DNA of 64,000 bases from Shigella phage ESh15. The notes under the pieces were generated by a model, which saw only the letters and a list, made by a program, of their open reading frames with translations, was not told the origin of the DNA and made no database searches. Shown piece after piece: positions 32,601 through 42,637 of the stretch (the stretch's first letter is position 1; each line of letters opens with the position of its first letter). Location of the stretch: the sequence record ON528725; one strand, 5' to 3'. The position numbers and the translations under genes are program-made.

Positions 32601-33536
32601 TCAGATACAACACGTTCTACTGTATTTGAAGTTGGCGATGAAACGTCTAATCATTTTTATTCTCAACGTAATAAAGATGGGAATATAGCGTTTAGCATTA
32701 ATGGCACTGTAATGCCAATAAACATTAATGCTTCCGGCTTGATGAATGTGAATGGTGTTGCAACATTCGGCCGTTCAGTTACAGCCAATGGTGAATTCAT
32801 TAGCAAGTCTGCAAATGCTTTCAGAGCAATAAGTGGTGATTACGGATTCTTTATTCGTAATGATGCTGCTAATACCTATTTTATGCTTACTGCATCTGGT
32901 GATCAGACCGGTGGATTTAATGGATTACGTCCTTTGGCTATTAATAATGCATCTGGCCAAGTAACGATTGGTGAAAGCTTAATCATTGCTAAAGGTGCTA
33001 CTATAAATTCAGGTGGTTTAACTGTTAACTCGAGAATTCGTTCTCAGGGTTCTAAAACTGCTGATTTATACACTCGTGCTCCTACTGCTGATACAGTCGG
33101 ATTCTGGTCAATCGATATTAACGATTCAGCCACTTATAATCAGTTCCCGGGTTATTTTAAAATGGTTGAAAAAACTAATGAAGTGACTGGGCTTCCATAC
33201 TTAGAACGTGGTGAAGAAGTTAAATCTCCTGGTACATTGACTCAATTTGGTAATACGCTTGATTCTCTTTACCAAGATTGGATTACTTATCCAACGACAC
33301 CAGAAGCGCGTACCACTCGCTGGACACGTACATGGCAGAAAACCAAAAACTCATGGTCGAGTTTTGTTCAGGTATTTGATGGTGGAAACCCTCCTCAACC
33401 TTCTGATATTGGTGCTTTACCTTCCGATAATGCAACAATCGGAAACTTGACAATAAGGGATTTCTTAAGGATTGGTAATGTTCGCATTATTCCAGACCCT
33501 GTGAATAAATCTGTTAAATTCGAGTGGATTGAATAA
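29661..33536 (+). CDS. 34: Long tail fibre proximal subunit gp34
   Basis: 1291 aa (T4 gp34 1289 aa); N-terminus MADIKRKFRAEDGLDAGGDKI matches T4; TATAAATA late promoter about 30 nt upstream. Confidence 0.92.
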   Translation: MADIKRKFRAEDGLDAGGDKIVNVALADRTVGTDGVNVDFLVQENTVQVYDSTRGYNKGFVVLYDNRLYQAINDIVSPSGAFNLLQWRAVRTDAQWITVASGAYQLSSGESISVNTGAGNDMVFTLPNTPVDGDTVVLADIGGRTGTVKVQINASVQSILNFRGEQVRTVLMTRPRSQLLFVFSNRLWQMYITDYGKESITVTPATPYQAQANDFIVRRFTSAAPINITLPRNANNGDIISLVDLDRLNPLYHTFVKTFDDTTSIGEVGTHIAEGRNDSDAFFVFDAANSLWRIWEGDQKSRLRIIRADSNIRPNEEVLIFGTNNATHGTINLTLPSGILSGDTVKISMNYMRKGQTVKIKAAEGDTIASSVALLQFPKRSEYPPDAQWVSVTELEFNGTTSYVPVLELAYIEDTVAGTRYWVVQQNVPTVERVDAGTDTTRARVGVIALATQAQANVDFENSPAKEVAITPETLANRTATEARRGIAKIATTAQVNQNSTASFVDDTIVTPKKLNERTATETRRGLAEIATQVETDAGLDDTTIITPKKLQARQGSETLSGIVKYVSTTSATPAETRGAAGTNVYNKTVNNLTISPKALDQYKATYAQQGAVILAVDSEVIAGQSQAGYSHAVVTPETLHKKTSTDGRIGLIEIATQAETNAGTDYTRAVTPKTLNDRKATEGLSGIAEIATQVEFDTGTDDTRISTPLKIKTHFDSSDRTSVNSDSGLIEEGTLWNHYTLDISKANETQRGTLRVATQAESNAGTLDDVLITPKKLLGTKSTETSEGVIKVATQAETVTGTSTNTAVSPKNLKWIVQNEPTWAATTAIRGFVKTSSGSITFVGNDTVGSTQPLESYEKNSYAISPYELNRVLANYLPLKAKAADANLLDGLDSSQFIRRDIAQTVNGSLTLTQQTNLSAPLVSSSTATFGGSVSANSTLTISNTGTATRLIFEKGPQTGTNPAQTMSIRVWGNQFGGGSDTTRSTVFEVGDETSNHFYSQRNKDGNIAFSINGTVMPININASGLMNVNGVATFGRSVTANGEFISKSANAFRAISGDYGFFIRNDAANTYFMLTASGDQTGGFNGLRPLAINNASGQVTIGESLIIAKGATINSGGLTVNSRIRSQGSKTADLYTRAPTADTVGFWSIDINDSATYNQFPGYFKMVEKTNEVTGLPYLERGEEVKSPGTLTQFGNTLDSLYQDWITYPTTPEARTTRWTRTWQKTKNSWSSFVQVFDGGNPPQPSDIGALPSDNATIGNLTIRDFLRIGNVRIIPDPVNKSVKFEWIE

Positions 33537-33544
33537 GAGGTATT

Positions 33545-34672
33545 ATGGAAAAATTTATGGCTAAGTTTGGACAAGGATACGTCCAAACGCCATTTTTATC
33601 GGAAAGCAATTCAGTACGATTTAAATTAAGCATAGCGGGCTCTTGTCCGCTATCAACATCTCCTACTTATATTAAGTTCCAAGATAATCCACTTGGGTCT
33701 CAGGTTTTTTCTGTTGGATTAAATGTTCGTGTAATAAATCCTACAACAGGTGCAGTAGTTGAATCTAAGTCATATAATTTCTCTACTGAAAACGACGCCA
33801 CGTCAAGTGCATTTGTTACTTACATGGACACATATGCTTCTAATTTTATATTTGCTCTTGTTACTAACGCTAAAACAAACTTTCCTCCTGAAGTTCTTGC
33901 ATGGTTTACTAAAGCTGGAAGTTCTGTTATTCCATTAGCACAACAAGTTTTAAATATAGTGGACATTTCTTATTCGGCATTTTATATTTCCGGTAAGAAT
34001 GCTATAGCACTAGAACATATTAAGTATAGTAATAAGAAAACTTCAACTGACTATAGTACACCACTTGATGTTGTGTACGACACTATCAATGATATTGGTG
34101 CTACCGGCTTCCCTAGTCGTACGTATGAATCGACAGACACATTTTTATCTGCTGTTGGTGGTACTAATAATGAAATTAAAAGGATGCCTACAACGTCCAT
34201 TATTACACCTCTCGCTGGGTATAAATTGAAGCCTGGAGATTTCCTTTATATGAAATTCCAACTAATGGCCGATGCTGATTTGTTAGCACAAGGGACGACA
34301 CGACTTTCTATTCGTTTCTTTAAATCTCCTTCTACTTCACCTATTTCATTTAAGGATATAAACTTTGATGGGGATGCAGGTGAATGGAAGATATATGAAG
34401 ACTACATAGAAATTCCTGCTGGTGCTGACGGGTTCACGATTTATTGTTATCGTACAGCTCCAGTCGGGCAAGGCGGATTAAGAAACGTTATATTCACTGA
34501 AGTATCATGTAATGGAAGCGTTTCAAAACCTGCTGAGTTTGGTATAAATGGTATTCGTGTAAATTATGTTTCAGAATCTTTAAGTGCCCCGGACATAATG
34601 TCATTACCTACTCAATCTTCAACCGATACTGGTAAGGTATTTGGACAAGAATTTAAAGAAGCATCAGAATAA
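33545..34672 (+). CDS. 35: Long tail fibre hinge connector gp35
   Basis: 375 aa (T4 gp35 372 aa); position. Confidence 0.85.
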   Translation: MEKFMAKFGQGYVQTPFLSESNSVRFKLSIAGSCPLSTSPTYIKFQDNPLGSQVFSVGLNVRVINPTTGAVVESKSYNFSTENDATSSAFVTYMDTYASNFIFALVTNAKTNFPPEVLAWFTKAGSSVIPLAQQVLNIVDISYSAFYISGKNAIALEHIKYSNKKTSTDYSTPLDVVYDTINDIGATGFPSRTYESTDTFLSAVGGTNNEIKRMPTTSIITPLAGYKLKPGDFLYMKFQLMADADLLAQGTTRLSIRFFKSPSTSPISFKDINFDGDAGEWKIYEDYIEIPAGADGFTIYCYRTAPVGQGGLRNVIFTEVSCNGSVSKPAEFGINGIRVNYVSESLSAPDIMSLPTQSSTDTGKVFGQEFKEASE

Positions 34673-34677
34673 ATTTA

Positions 34678-34695
34678 GGGAGACTTCGGTCTCCC
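34678..34695 (+). terminator. Intrinsic terminator after gene 35
   Basis: GGGAGAC-TTCG-GTCTCCC followed by ATTTTTG. Confidence 0.65.
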
Positions 34696-34702
34696 ATTTT
34701 TG

Positions 34703-34710
34703 TATAAATA
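34703..34710 (+). promoter_or_regulatory. Late promoter TATAAATA for gene 36 (36-37-38 transcription unit)
   Basis: Exact TATAAATA about 25 nt upstream of gp36, just after the gene 35 terminator. Confidence 0.7.
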
Positions 34711-34734
34711 TGGTATACATATAAGGAGACAACT

Positions 34735-35400
34735 ATGGCCGATTTAAAAGCTGGTAGTACAACTGGCGGTGCCGTTATATGGCATCAAGGTAATTTCCCT
34801 TTAATGCCAGCAGGTGATGACGTCCTGTATAAAACGTTTAAACTCTATTCAGAATATAATAAACCACAAGCTGCTGATAACGATTTCGTTTCTAAAGCTA
34901 ATGGTGGTACGTATGCCGCTCGAGTAACATTTAATAACGGTGTGCAAATACCTTATGCCATAAATAACACAAATCAAAGTGGTATTTTCCCAGGCAACGG
35001 TGACAATGCAACATATGATATGGCAAACATCGATATTGTTTCATGGTATGGCATTGGATTTAAATCTTCTCAAGGTTCTGCATTACGTACTGTGGTTATT
35101 AACACTCGTACCGGTGATATCAGCACTAAGGGCGGTCTTTATGCAACTGGTCCTGTCCGTTCTAACGCTACTGCTCCTATAGCAGCAAATGACCTTACTC
35201 GTAAAGATTATGTTGATGGACGAATAAATATTGTTACGGATAACGCAAATTCCCGTGTATTGCGTAAAGGCGATACCATGACTGGTACTTTAACAGCACC
35301 AAACTTTTTCTCACAGAATCCGGCCTCCGAGGCTAATCATGTTCCTCGTTTCGACCAGATTGTAATTAAAGATTCTGTTCAAGATTTCGGCTATTATTAA
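34735..35400 (+). CDS. 36: Long tail fibre distal connector gp36
   Basis: 221 aa, same as T4 gp36; late promoter upstream. Confidence 0.85.
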   Translation: MADLKAGSTTGGAVIWHQGNFPLMPAGDDVLYKTFKLYSEYNKPQAADNDFVSKANGGTYAARVTFNNGVQIPYAINNTNQSGIFPGNGDNATYDMANIDIVSWYGIGFKSSQGSALRTVVINTRTGDISTKGGLYATGPVRSNATAPIAANDLTRKDYVDGRINIVTDNANSRVLRKGDTMTGTLTAPNFFSQNPASEANHVPRFDQIVIKDSVQDFGYY

Positions 35401-35408
35401 GAGGACTT

Positions 35409-38400
35409 ATGGCTACATTAAAACAGATACAATTTAAAAGAAGCAAAGTAGCAGGAGTTAATCCTACTGCAGCACAATTAGCCGAAGGCGAATTAGCGAT
35501 AAACTTAAAAGATCGAACTCTTTTTACTAAAGATGACCTCGGTAATATTATTAGCCTAGGCTTTGCTAAGGGTGGTGATATTAACGGTAATGTAACTCAA
35601 ACCGGCGATTATTTACAAAACGGCACATATAATCTTAATGGAAATCAGTTCGTTTATGCAGGAAAGTATATTGAATTTTTGCCAAAAACTGCTGGAAATG
35701 GCGCTTGGGCTAACCAACACACAAATAAAGCCCCTATCTTTACAGATTTGAGTTCAACTACTTCAACTTCTGAATACCACCCTTTGATTAAGCAACGTTA
35801 TAAAGACGGTACTTTTTCAGTAGGTACATTAGTAAGCGAAGGCTCATTTAGAGTTCATTATATTGATTCTACAGCTCCAGACAATTCTAAACACTGGGTC
35901 TTTAACCGTAATGGTAATTTTATTGTAGATTCTGGTAGTATTGAGGTCCGCGCAGGTAATATTTCTGCGTCAGGCAATATTAACTCCGCTAATGGTATAG
36001 TTTCTGCTCCACAAGTTAATACGAAAACCATTGTTTTAGACACAAAAGCATTCGGACAATATGATTCACAGTCATTAGTTCAATATGTTTATCCTGGAAC
36101 AGGTGAAGAAAACGGTATAAACTATCTTCGTAAAGTTCGAGCTAAATCAGGCGGAACTATTTACCATGAAATCGCTTCGGCTCAAACTGGTAAGAATGAT
36201 GAAATTTCTTGGTGGACCGGAAATACACTTACTACTAAATTAATGGGTCTTCGTAATGATGGCGCAATGGTATTACGTCGTTCACTTGCTATTGGCACAA
36301 TTACCACTGATGAAAATACTAACAACTACGGTTCTCCTACTCCAATGGGAGAAAGATATATTGCTTTGGGCGATGCTGCAACCGGTTTAAAATACATTAA
36401 GCAGGGTGTTTATGATTTAGTAGGTAATTGGAATTCTGTTGCGTCTATTACTCCAGATAGTTTCCGTAGTACTCGTAAAGGTATATTTGGTCGTTCTGAG
36501 GACCAAGGCGCAACTTGGATAATGCCTGGTACAAATGCTGCTCTCTTGTCTGTTCAAACACAAGCTGATAATAACAACGCTGGAGACGGTCAAACTCATA
36601 TTGGGTACAATGCTGGCGGCAAAATGAGTCATTATTTCCGCGGTAAAGGCAAAACTAATATTAATACTCAGGAAGGTGTAGACGTTAACCCAGGTATATT
36701 GAAGTTAACCACCGGCGGTGAAAGTATTAGCTTTAATGCCGCAACTGGAAGTATTAATTCTACATTAGCTTTTCGTCTTAATAAAGGCATAATTATTGAT
36801 GGACCTGATAATCAGGGATTCCAGTTTAACGCTCCGACGGCTGCAGATGGTACTAGAAGTATATACTGGAACAGTGGTACTCGCCCAGGTCAAAACAAAA
36901 GCCCTGTTACAGTTAAAGCATGGGGTAATTCATTTAATGCCACCGGTGATAAATCTCGTGAAACCATTTTTGAAATTGGTGACGGCCAAGGGTATCATTT
37001 TTACTCTCAACGTGCCGCGCCTACAAATGATGAAACTGTTGGCCCTGTATTAATGCAAGTTTCAGGTTCTTTAAATGCAAAAGGAACATTGACCGCCACT
37101 GGCAACCTTTATGTGGGAGGATTGAGTACACATGAAGGTGCTGTGACCATGAATAATGGACTTAATTTAACTGGTGGTTCTTCTATTACTGGCCAAGTTA
37201 AAATCGGTGGAACAGCAGATGCATTGAGAATTTGGAACGCTAAATACGGTGCTATTTTCCGTCGTTCAGAAGATTCGTTGTATATAATTCCAACTCCGCG
37301 GGATGCTGGTGAATCAGGTGGTATTTCTAATTTGCGTCCGTTCTATATTTCATTAAGTGATGGTAAAGTCAGCATGGATCATGATGTTGATATCGGTGGT
37401 GGAAGATTTAAAGTAGAAACTAGTGGAACAACATCAGGGCAACGTATTACAGTTAATACTGCCTCCGATGCTATTAGAATAAATGCCCCAACACAAGAAT
37501 CTTCTAACTTCATCCAAGGACGTAAAGCAGATGTTCCGAAATGGTATTTAGGTATTGGCGATGGCGGCAACGTCGTTCGTATGCACAGTTACACCTACTC
37601 CCATGGTATTGCATTAAACTCTGATACGGTTGATATAGCTAAACCTCTTAGAATAGGTTCAACCCAGATTGGTACTGATGGTAACATAACTGGCGGCACT
37701 GGTAATTTTGCTAACTTGAATACCACAATAAATAACCTTAAGACAGATATCGTCTCGAGTTACCCAATTGGTGCTCCGATTCCTTGGCCTACTGATACAC
37801 CTCCTGAAGGTTATGCCATAATGGAAGGTCAAACATTTGATGCTGGCTTGTATCCTAAGTTAGCTGCGGTGTATCCTTCCGGCGCTCTGCCTGATATGCG
37901 TGGACAAACGATTAAAGGTAAACCATCTGGGCGTGCTGTATTAAGTACAGAAGCAGACGGTGTTAAGTCACACACTCATAGTGCAAGTGCATCAAGCACA
38001 GATTTGGGTACTAAGACCACTTCTAGTTTTGATTACGGTAGCAAAACGACTTCAAGCTTTGATTATGGTACTAAGACCAGTAATACCACTGGCAACCACA
38101 ACCATACAGTGAGTGGTAATACTAGTTCAGCAGGAGCTCACCAACACGCTCGTTCAGGCCCTCAAATGCAAGGCGGCATACCCACTAGCATATTCTATGA
38201 TGGATACAATAGCGCGGGTCCAAACGGCAACGCTAAAATCACTGGAACCGTGAGTGGTGCTACTGCATCGTCGAATATGGCCAAAACTTCTTCAGACGGT
38301 GCCCACACCCATAGTTGGTCAGGAACTACTAGCTCTACGGGTAACCATGCTCATACTGTGGGTATTGGTGCTCATACCCATTCGGTAGGTATTGGTGCTC

Positions 38401-38516
38401 ATTCTCATACTGTTGCAATTGGTTCCCATGGACATACAATAACTGTAAATGCCACAGGAAATACAGAAAACACAGTTAAAAACATTGCTTTTAACTATAT
38501 CGTTCGTTTAGCATAA
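35409..38516 (+). CDS. 37: Long tail fibre distal subunit / receptor-binding protein gp37
   Basis: 1035 aa (T4 gp37 1026 aa); C-terminal His-X-His repeats ([33 protein letters not shown]) and T4-like C-terminus [11 protein letters not shown]. Confidence 0.9.
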   Translation: MATLKQIQFKRSKVAGVNPTAAQLAEGELAINLKDRTLFTKDDLGNIISLGFAKGGDINGNVTQTGDYLQNGTYNLNGNQFVYAGKYIEFLPKTAGNGAWANQHTNKAPIFTDLSSTTSTSEYHPLIKQRYKDGTFSVGTLVSEGSFRVHYIDSTAPDNSKHWVFNRNGNFIVDSGSIEVRAGNISASGNINSANGIVSAPQVNTKTIVLDTKAFGQYDSQSLVQYVYPGTGEENGINYLRKVRAKSGGTIYHEIASAQTGKNDEISWWTGNTLTTKLMGLRNDGAMVLRRSLAIGTITTDENTNNYGSPTPMGERYIALGDAATGLKYIKQGVYDLVGNWNSVASITPDSFRSTRKGIFGRSEDQGATWIMPGTNAALLSVQTQADNNNAGDGQTHIGYNAGGKMSHYFRGKGKTNINTQEGVDVNPGILKLTTGGESISFNAATGSINSTLAFRLNKGIIIDGPDNQGFQFNAPTAADGTRSIYWNSGTRPGQNKSPVTVKAWGNSFNATGDKSRETIFEIGDGQGYHFYSQRAAPTNDETVGPVLMQVSGSLNAKGTLTATGNLYVGGLSTHEGAVTMNNGLNLTGGSSITGQVKIGGTADALRIWNAKYGAIFRRSEDSLYIIPTPRDAGESGGISNLRPFYISLSDGKVSMDHDVDIGGGRFKVETSGTTSGQRITVNTASDAIRINAPTQESSNFIQGRKADVPKWYLGIGDGGNVVRMHSYTYSHGIALNSDTVDIAKPLRIGSTQIGTDGNITGGTGNFANLNTTINNLKTDIVSSYPIGAPIPWPTDTPPEGYAIMEGQTFDAGLYPKLAAVYPSGALPDMRGQTIKGKPSGRAVLSTEADGVKSHTHSASASSTDLGTKTTSSFDYGSKTTSSFDYGTKTSNTTGNHNHTVSGNTSSAGAHQHARSGPQMQGGIPTSIFYDGYNSAGPNGNAKITGTVSGATASSNMAKTSSDGAHTHSWSGTTSSTGNHAHTVGIGAHTHSVGIGAHSHTVAIGSHGHTITVNATGNTENTVKNIAFNYIVRLA
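38007..38080 (+). repeat. In-frame tandem repeat within the gp37 tip domain
   Basis: Two and a half copies of a 30-nt unit encoding [10 protein letters not shown] / [10 protein letters not shown] / GTKTS. Confidence 0.6.
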
Positions 38517-38523
38517 GGAGAAG

Positions 38524-38537
38524 GGACTTCGGTCCCT
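38524..38537 (+). terminator. Hairpin after gene 37 (attenuator/terminator)
   Basis: GGGAC-TTCG-GTCCC followed by TTTTTAT. Confidence 0.55.
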
Positions 38538-38546
38538 TTTTATAAT

Positions 38547-39098
38547 ATGAAACTCTATCACTATTATTTTGACACTAAAGAATTTTACAAAGAAGAAAAT
38601 TATAAACCATTAAAAGGCGTAGGATTTCCGGCTCATTCGACACCAAAAAAACCTTTAGACCCTAAAGAAGGCTATGCTGTTGTATTTGACGAACGCGAAC
38701 AAGAATGGGTATATGTTGAAGACCATCGTGGAAAAACAGTATGGACATATGATAAGCAAAAAATTGTTATTGACACTCCAGGTGCTCTTCAAAATGTTAC
38801 TACAGAAGAACCTGGTGAATTTGACATTTGGACCGACGACGGGTGGAAGGAAGATGAAGCATATAAACGCGTAGTTCAACGTGATAAGAAAATTCATGAA
38901 CTCTATAAATTATTCAGTGTTTTAAGTTCTCTTATTGACGCAGAGGTTGCTAATAGAGAAGAAAAACGAAAATTTAAAGAGCTCAAAAAATTCTTTGCCC
39001 TTTTAGAAAAACATGAACATCTTGGCGGCGAATTCCCTAAATTCCCTGACCTTGAAAACAAATCTATTGTCAAAGCGATTATAAATATCTTTAAGTAA
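38547..39098 (+). CDS. 38: Tail fibre assembly chaperone gp38
   Basis: 183 aa, same as T4 gp38; N-terminus MKLYHYYFDTKEFYKEENYKP. Confidence 0.8.
   Translation: MKLYHYYFDTKEFYKEENYKPLKGVGFPAHSTPKKPLDPKEGYAVVFDEREQEWVYVEDHRGKTVWTYDKQKIVIDTPGALQNVTTEEPGEFDIWTDDGWKEDEAYKRVVQRDKKIHELYKLFSVLSSLIDAEVANREEKRKFKELKKFFALLEKHEHLGGEFPKFPDLENKSIVKAIINIFK
39080..39087 (+). promoter_or_regulatory. Late promoter TATAAATA for holin t
   Basis: Exact TATAAATA about 20 nt upstream of the t start, inside the 3' end of gene 38. Confidence 0.65.
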
Positions 39099-39107
39099 GG
39101 AGGTATT

Positions 39108-39767
39108 ATGGCAACACCAAAAGTGTCATTTTCGCCTAGTGATATTCTATTTGGGTTGCTAGATCGTATTTTCAAAGATAACGCTACTGGAAAGGTTTTA
39201 ATGTCCCGAGTAGCGGTAATTATTCTTTTGTTCCTAATGGCACTAATATGGTACAAAGGAAGTATTTTGCTGGATTATTATGTAAGATCTAAGTATGATA
39301 CTTATACTGAAATAATCCAAAAAGAACGAGCTTTACGTTTTGAATCTGCGGCTCTAGAACAACTGCAAATAGTTCATATCTCATCTGGTGCAGATTTTAG
39401 TGCTGTGTATTCTTTCAGACCTAAAAACTTAAATTATTTCGTCGACCTTATAGCTTATGAAGGCAAACTACCTAGCACAATTTCTGAAAAGTCTCTTGGT
39501 GGATTCCCGGTGGATAAAACGGCCAATGAATATATAATTCATTTAAGTGGCCGTCATTTCTCGTCTAAATCAGAATTTGCATTTTTGCCTACAAAATCTA
39601 AGACTGCCGAACTTTCTTATATGTATAGTTGTCCATACTTTAATTTGGATAACATCTATGCTGGAACTGTGACGATGTATTGGTATAAGGGGAATAATAT
39701 ACTTGAGGAAGACCGCTTAGCGGCTATATGCAACCAAGCGGTCCGAATACTAGGAAGGGCTAAATAA
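39108..39767 (+). CDS. t: Holin (lysis-inhibition sensor) T
   Basis: 219 aa (T4 T 218 aa); N-terminal region and single transmembrane segment closely match T4 holin; late promoter upstream. Confidence 0.9.
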   Translation: MATPKVSFSPSDILFGLLDRIFKDNATGKVLMSRVAVIILLFLMALIWYKGSILLDYYVRSKYDTYTEIIQKERALRFESAALEQLQIVHISSGADFSAVYSFRPKNLNYFVDLIAYEGKLPSTISEKSLGGFPVDKTANEYIIHLSGRHFSSKSEFAFLPTKSKTAELSYMYSCPYFNLDNIYAGTVTMYWYKGNNILEEDRLAAICNQAVRILGRAK

Positions 39768-40040
39768 TTAGTTGTTAGAATACATCGCTAAATGACGATA
39801 AATATTTTCAAAACCTTCATTGAATTCACTAATCAGTGTTTTCTTTTCTTCGGCAGTTAAATTTGTAATTAGTTTTCTGAACGAATTCTGATTTAGCTGC
39901 CGACCATCTTTTTTAATTCCAATCTCATTCAAGAATCCGATGAAACTTGCTCGGTCTTCAACAATATCTTCCCTAGAGAATTTAATCAAAATAGAAGCAA
40001 TAGTAATAATTTCACGTACGATTTCAATATCTTTATTCAT
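39768..40040 (-). CDS. asiA: Anti-sigma70 factor AsiA
   Basis: 90 aa, same as T4 AsiA; most of the sequence matches remembered T4 AsiA. Confidence 0.9.
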   Translation of the reverse strand: MNKDIEIVREIITIASILIKFSREDIVEDRASFIGFLNEIGIKKDGRQLNQNSFRKLITNLTAEEKKTLISEFNEGFENIYRHLAMYSNN

Positions 40041-40086
40041 AACGTTTTATTCATTCCACTTAATTGATAGGAGTATAATACCATTA

Positions 40087-40302
40087 TCAGTGTTGATTGT
40101 AAACGGCTTTTTCTACGCTTTTAACGTAATCAATGTAGTCTTCCTGTTCGTACGAGTTTAAGGCTAAAAACGAGGCTAATAGTTCATTATAGACTAAAGC
40201 CTCACGCTCACGTTCGGCCTCTACTACGTTCTGAAGATTATGACTCATATCGTTCCTTATAACTATCAATGTAGTCCTGTATGTCAAAGAATGACATTTC
40301 AT
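40087..40302 (-). CDS. Hypothetical small protein (arn-region)
   Basis: 71 aa minus-strand ORF next to asiA; partly overlaps the next ORF, start uncertain. Confidence 0.4.
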   Translation of the reverse strand: MKCHSLTYRTTLIVIRNDMSHNLQNVVEAEREREALVYNELLASFLALNSYEQEDYIDYVKSVEKAVYNQH

Positions 40303-40537
40303 ATTCTAGGACATTAAGAGCCCGTTCTTCAGTATAGTCAGAACCAAAGACGATAGTTATTTCACCAGGCTTCATATGGTTGAAATCAACACTAAAAGGA
40401 ATACGAGAACATACTTCGTCTGCCATATCTACGATAACACTACGACACACTTCTCGGTTAACCTGATAAAGCTCTGCAAGTTCTTCACAACGAATAACAA
40501 GTTCAGTGGCAGGATTTTCTTTGATTTTAGTAAGCAT
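40238..40537 (-). CDS. Hypothetical acidic protein (arn-region)
   Basis: 99 aa, acidic; T4 encodes the DNA-mimic anti-restriction protein Arn in this interval, identity not verifiable here. Confidence 0.45.
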   Translation of the reverse strand: MLTKIKENPATELVIRCEELAELYQVNREVCRSVIVDMADEVCSRIPFSVDFNHMKPGEITIVFGSDYTEERALNVLEYEMSFFDIQDYIDSYKERYES

Positions 40538-40611
40538 AGTCTTTACCCTTATGTTTTTGTTTGCGTTTAGATTGAAGTTCTGATTTCTTCTTGTCCTTAT
40601 GGACAGAAGCC

Positions 40612-40839
40612 TTATTGAAATCGTGTTTTGCTACAAGATTGTTCATAATGATTTATAACCTCATTTAAACATTTGTCTGTGAAAGAAAACTTTTTAGCCA
40701 CAGAACATTCGATAATGTGCTCTTTCAAATCTTTAGAGTCAGTATAACCCATCTCAGTAATAAAGTGGCGAATTAAAGCTTTATTCTTATCATTAACAGA
40801 ATTAAAATAATCTGCTTTAGAATCAATTATTCTCATCAT
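40612..40839 (-). CDS. Hypothetical small protein
   Basis: 75 aa minus-strand ORF. Confidence 0.45.
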   Translation of the reverse strand: MMRIIDSKADYFNSVNDKNKALIRHFITEMGYTDSKDLKEHIIECSVAKKFSFTDKCLNEVINHYEQSCSKTRFQ

Positions 40840-41104
40840 CTAATTTCCTTAATTGATATTGCAACGAGCTAATAATTTCTTCGTTCATTTTAATATACAT
40901 GTCGCGCAAGAAAGGTTTTAACCCATCACGAATAATTGCTAACGTATCACCTTTACATAAATTAACCAAATAAGGATGGTCTAAAGCGTCCCAACCAGGC
41001 TGATTAGCGTACATACCATAATTTTCTTCCATCATAGCATTCAGGCGTTTGATATGATTAATGTGGGCTTCAATAGCATCAATCTGGAGTTGTTTAAGAT
41101 TCAT
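40823..41104 (-). CDS. Hypothetical protein
   Basis: 93 aa minus-strand ORF. Confidence 0.45.
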   Translation of the reverse strand: MNLKQLQIDAIEAHINHIKRLNAMMEENYGMYANQPGWDALDHPYLVNLCKGDTLAIIRDGLKPFLRDMYIKMNEEIISSLQYQLRKLDDENN

Positions 41105-41565
41105 TAGTAAAGGTCCTCAGAGTAAAGTTCTTTTTCATTACCACCACGTTCAATACGTACTTGTCCAGCGTAAGTTGCAATAATCATTGCTTCTTCACGT
41201 GTCCAATAATTACTATATTGGTCAATAAACCCTTGGTCATCATCACAAACTTGTTGAGTAACTAATTGAGGTTTAACTACATCTAAAACTTCTGCCATAT
41301 CTTTAGAATAATGACGAGCACCTGGAATAATAAGAGTTCGTCCATCTTTTAATTTAAAACGGTTGGCTGCACAGACAATTCGTCGTTGATACTTTTGGTT
41401 TTCATCCCAATACAAAGTCTGCCAACAGATTTCAGGAACTTCATCTAAAACATTTTGTTCTGTATATTCACCACCATAAGAAGCTAATTTAGCAGCCAGA
41501 CTTTCCGGGGTCTCACGCGACAAAGCTTTATCTAACAGAGCTAAACGTTCTTTAAAAGTTTTCAT
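41104..41565 (-). CDS. Hypothetical protein, 153 aa
   Basis: Minus-strand ORF; stop overlaps next start; no recognisable motif. Confidence 0.5.
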   Translation of the reverse strand: MKTFKERLALLDKALSRETPESLAAKLASYGGEYTEQNVLDEVPEICWQTLYWDENQKYQRRIVCAANRFKLKDGRTLIIPGARHYSKDMAEVLDVVKPQLVTQQVCDDDQGFIDQYSNYWTREEAMIIATYAGQVRIERGGNEKELYSEDLY

Positions 41566-41891
41566 TTAAACCATCCTTTAATACGTTGCCAAATAGATTT
41601 TTGTGATTGTTTATTTACACCAATCGAACGAATAACCGGTTGTGACTGCTGATATTCTTTATAATCTTCTTTATAGATTTCGTAAGCTGCATCAACAAAT
41701 GAACTGATCGCTGCCATGTAGTTTTTACGAAGGCCAAATGGCGCGTCATTATTTTCACGAATAACCGTATATTGGCCTGCTTTAATCTTTACAATTGTCC
41801 CTAAATAAGCCCCGTGGTACCAAATATCCCATCCTTCCTGAGTAGGTTCTGCACATTTACGAAGTTCGTTAATAATATTCAGCTTATTCAT
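41562..41891 (-). CDS. Hypothetical protein, 109 aa (motA.1-position)
   Basis: Minus-strand ORF immediately downstream of motA. Confidence 0.5.
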   Translation of the reverse strand: MNKLNIINELRKCAEPTQEGWDIWYHGAYLGTIVKIKAGQYTVIRENNDAPFGLRKNYMAAISSFVDAAYEIYKEDYKEYQQSQPVIRSIGVNKQSQKSIWQRIKGWFK

Positions 41892-41901
41892 TATGTATTC
41901 C

Positions 41902-42534
41902 TCACAGTACGTTAGTTACAAGGGTAATGATTTCTTTGGACACATTAGGGAAGTCAATGTAAGTATATTTACCACCGATTTTAATCTTAACATCATTTTC
42001 AAGAGAAGTAAACAGCTTTGATTCAGTTTCTGACATGTTGTATGCAAAGATTCTAAGAGCGCCATCTCGTCGAATTTCAATTTGGCGAATACCTAGAACT
42101 CGTTTTGCAAATCGAACTTCCAAGTTACTACGGTTTTCACCAATTTCTTTAACTTCAACTTTATCTTTAATATTTTCAAAAACAAAGTTTGCTAATTCAT
42201 GCATTTCAGGAGTAACTCCACGTGCTTTTCTGGTGTTACGTTTCTGAAGAAGTTCTGGAGCATTTTCTTGGGCAAAGAGGTCTGCAGCTTTTTGGATAAT
42301 ATCCATTGCTTCGCCTGTTGCTACAAGTCCATCACCGGATTTTTCGACTAAACCTTTCTTAATCAATACACCAATGTTAGAGTTAACAACTGATGCATTG
42401 TATTCTGCTTCCAGAGCTTCACGGACATTGGCAGCAGTGGTGAAGTTGTTCTTAATGATATAAACCATTATTGCAGCAGTTTTTTCATTCAGAGCGTTTT
42501 CAGAAGCTTTGATGATGTAAGTAACTTTAGACAT
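41902..42534 (-). CDS. motA: Middle-promoter transcription activator MotA
   Basis: 210 aa (T4 MotA 211 aa); N-terminal MSKVTYIIKAS and NSNIGVLIKKGLVEKSGDGL match T4 MotA. Confidence 0.9.
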   Translation of the reverse strand: MSKVTYIIKASENALNEKTAAIMVYIIKNNFTTAANVREALEAEYNASVVNSNIGVLIKKGLVEKSGDGLVATGEAMDIIQKAADLFAQENAPELLQKRNTRKARGVTPEMHELANFVFENIKDKVEVKEIGENRSNLEVRFAKRVLGIRQIEIRRDGALRIFAYNMSETESKLFTSLENDVKIKIGGKYTYIDFPNVSKEIITLVTNVL

Positions 42535-42600
42535 TTTATTTCTCCAAATTAGTATTTGTTTTGATAGGTCTATAATATCATGTTTGAAGCAAAAGTAAAC
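42529..42600 (-). repeat. Direct repeat copy 1: motA promoter plus leader
   Basis: About 70 bp nearly identical to 42848-42921. Confidence 0.7.
42565..42600 (-). promoter_or_regulatory. Early promoter cassette upstream of motA
   Basis: Plus strand GATAGGTCTATAATATCATGTTTGAAGCAAAAGTAAAC. Confidence 0.55.
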
Positions 42601-42637
42601 TTTATTTTGGGCTCTTTTTCAAAAGCCCTGGTAAAAT

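Noticed and set aside
42609-42628. GGGCT...AGCCC hairpin as a terminator
   Set aside because: Stem is short with a long loop and no U-run in either orientation; more likely incidental.
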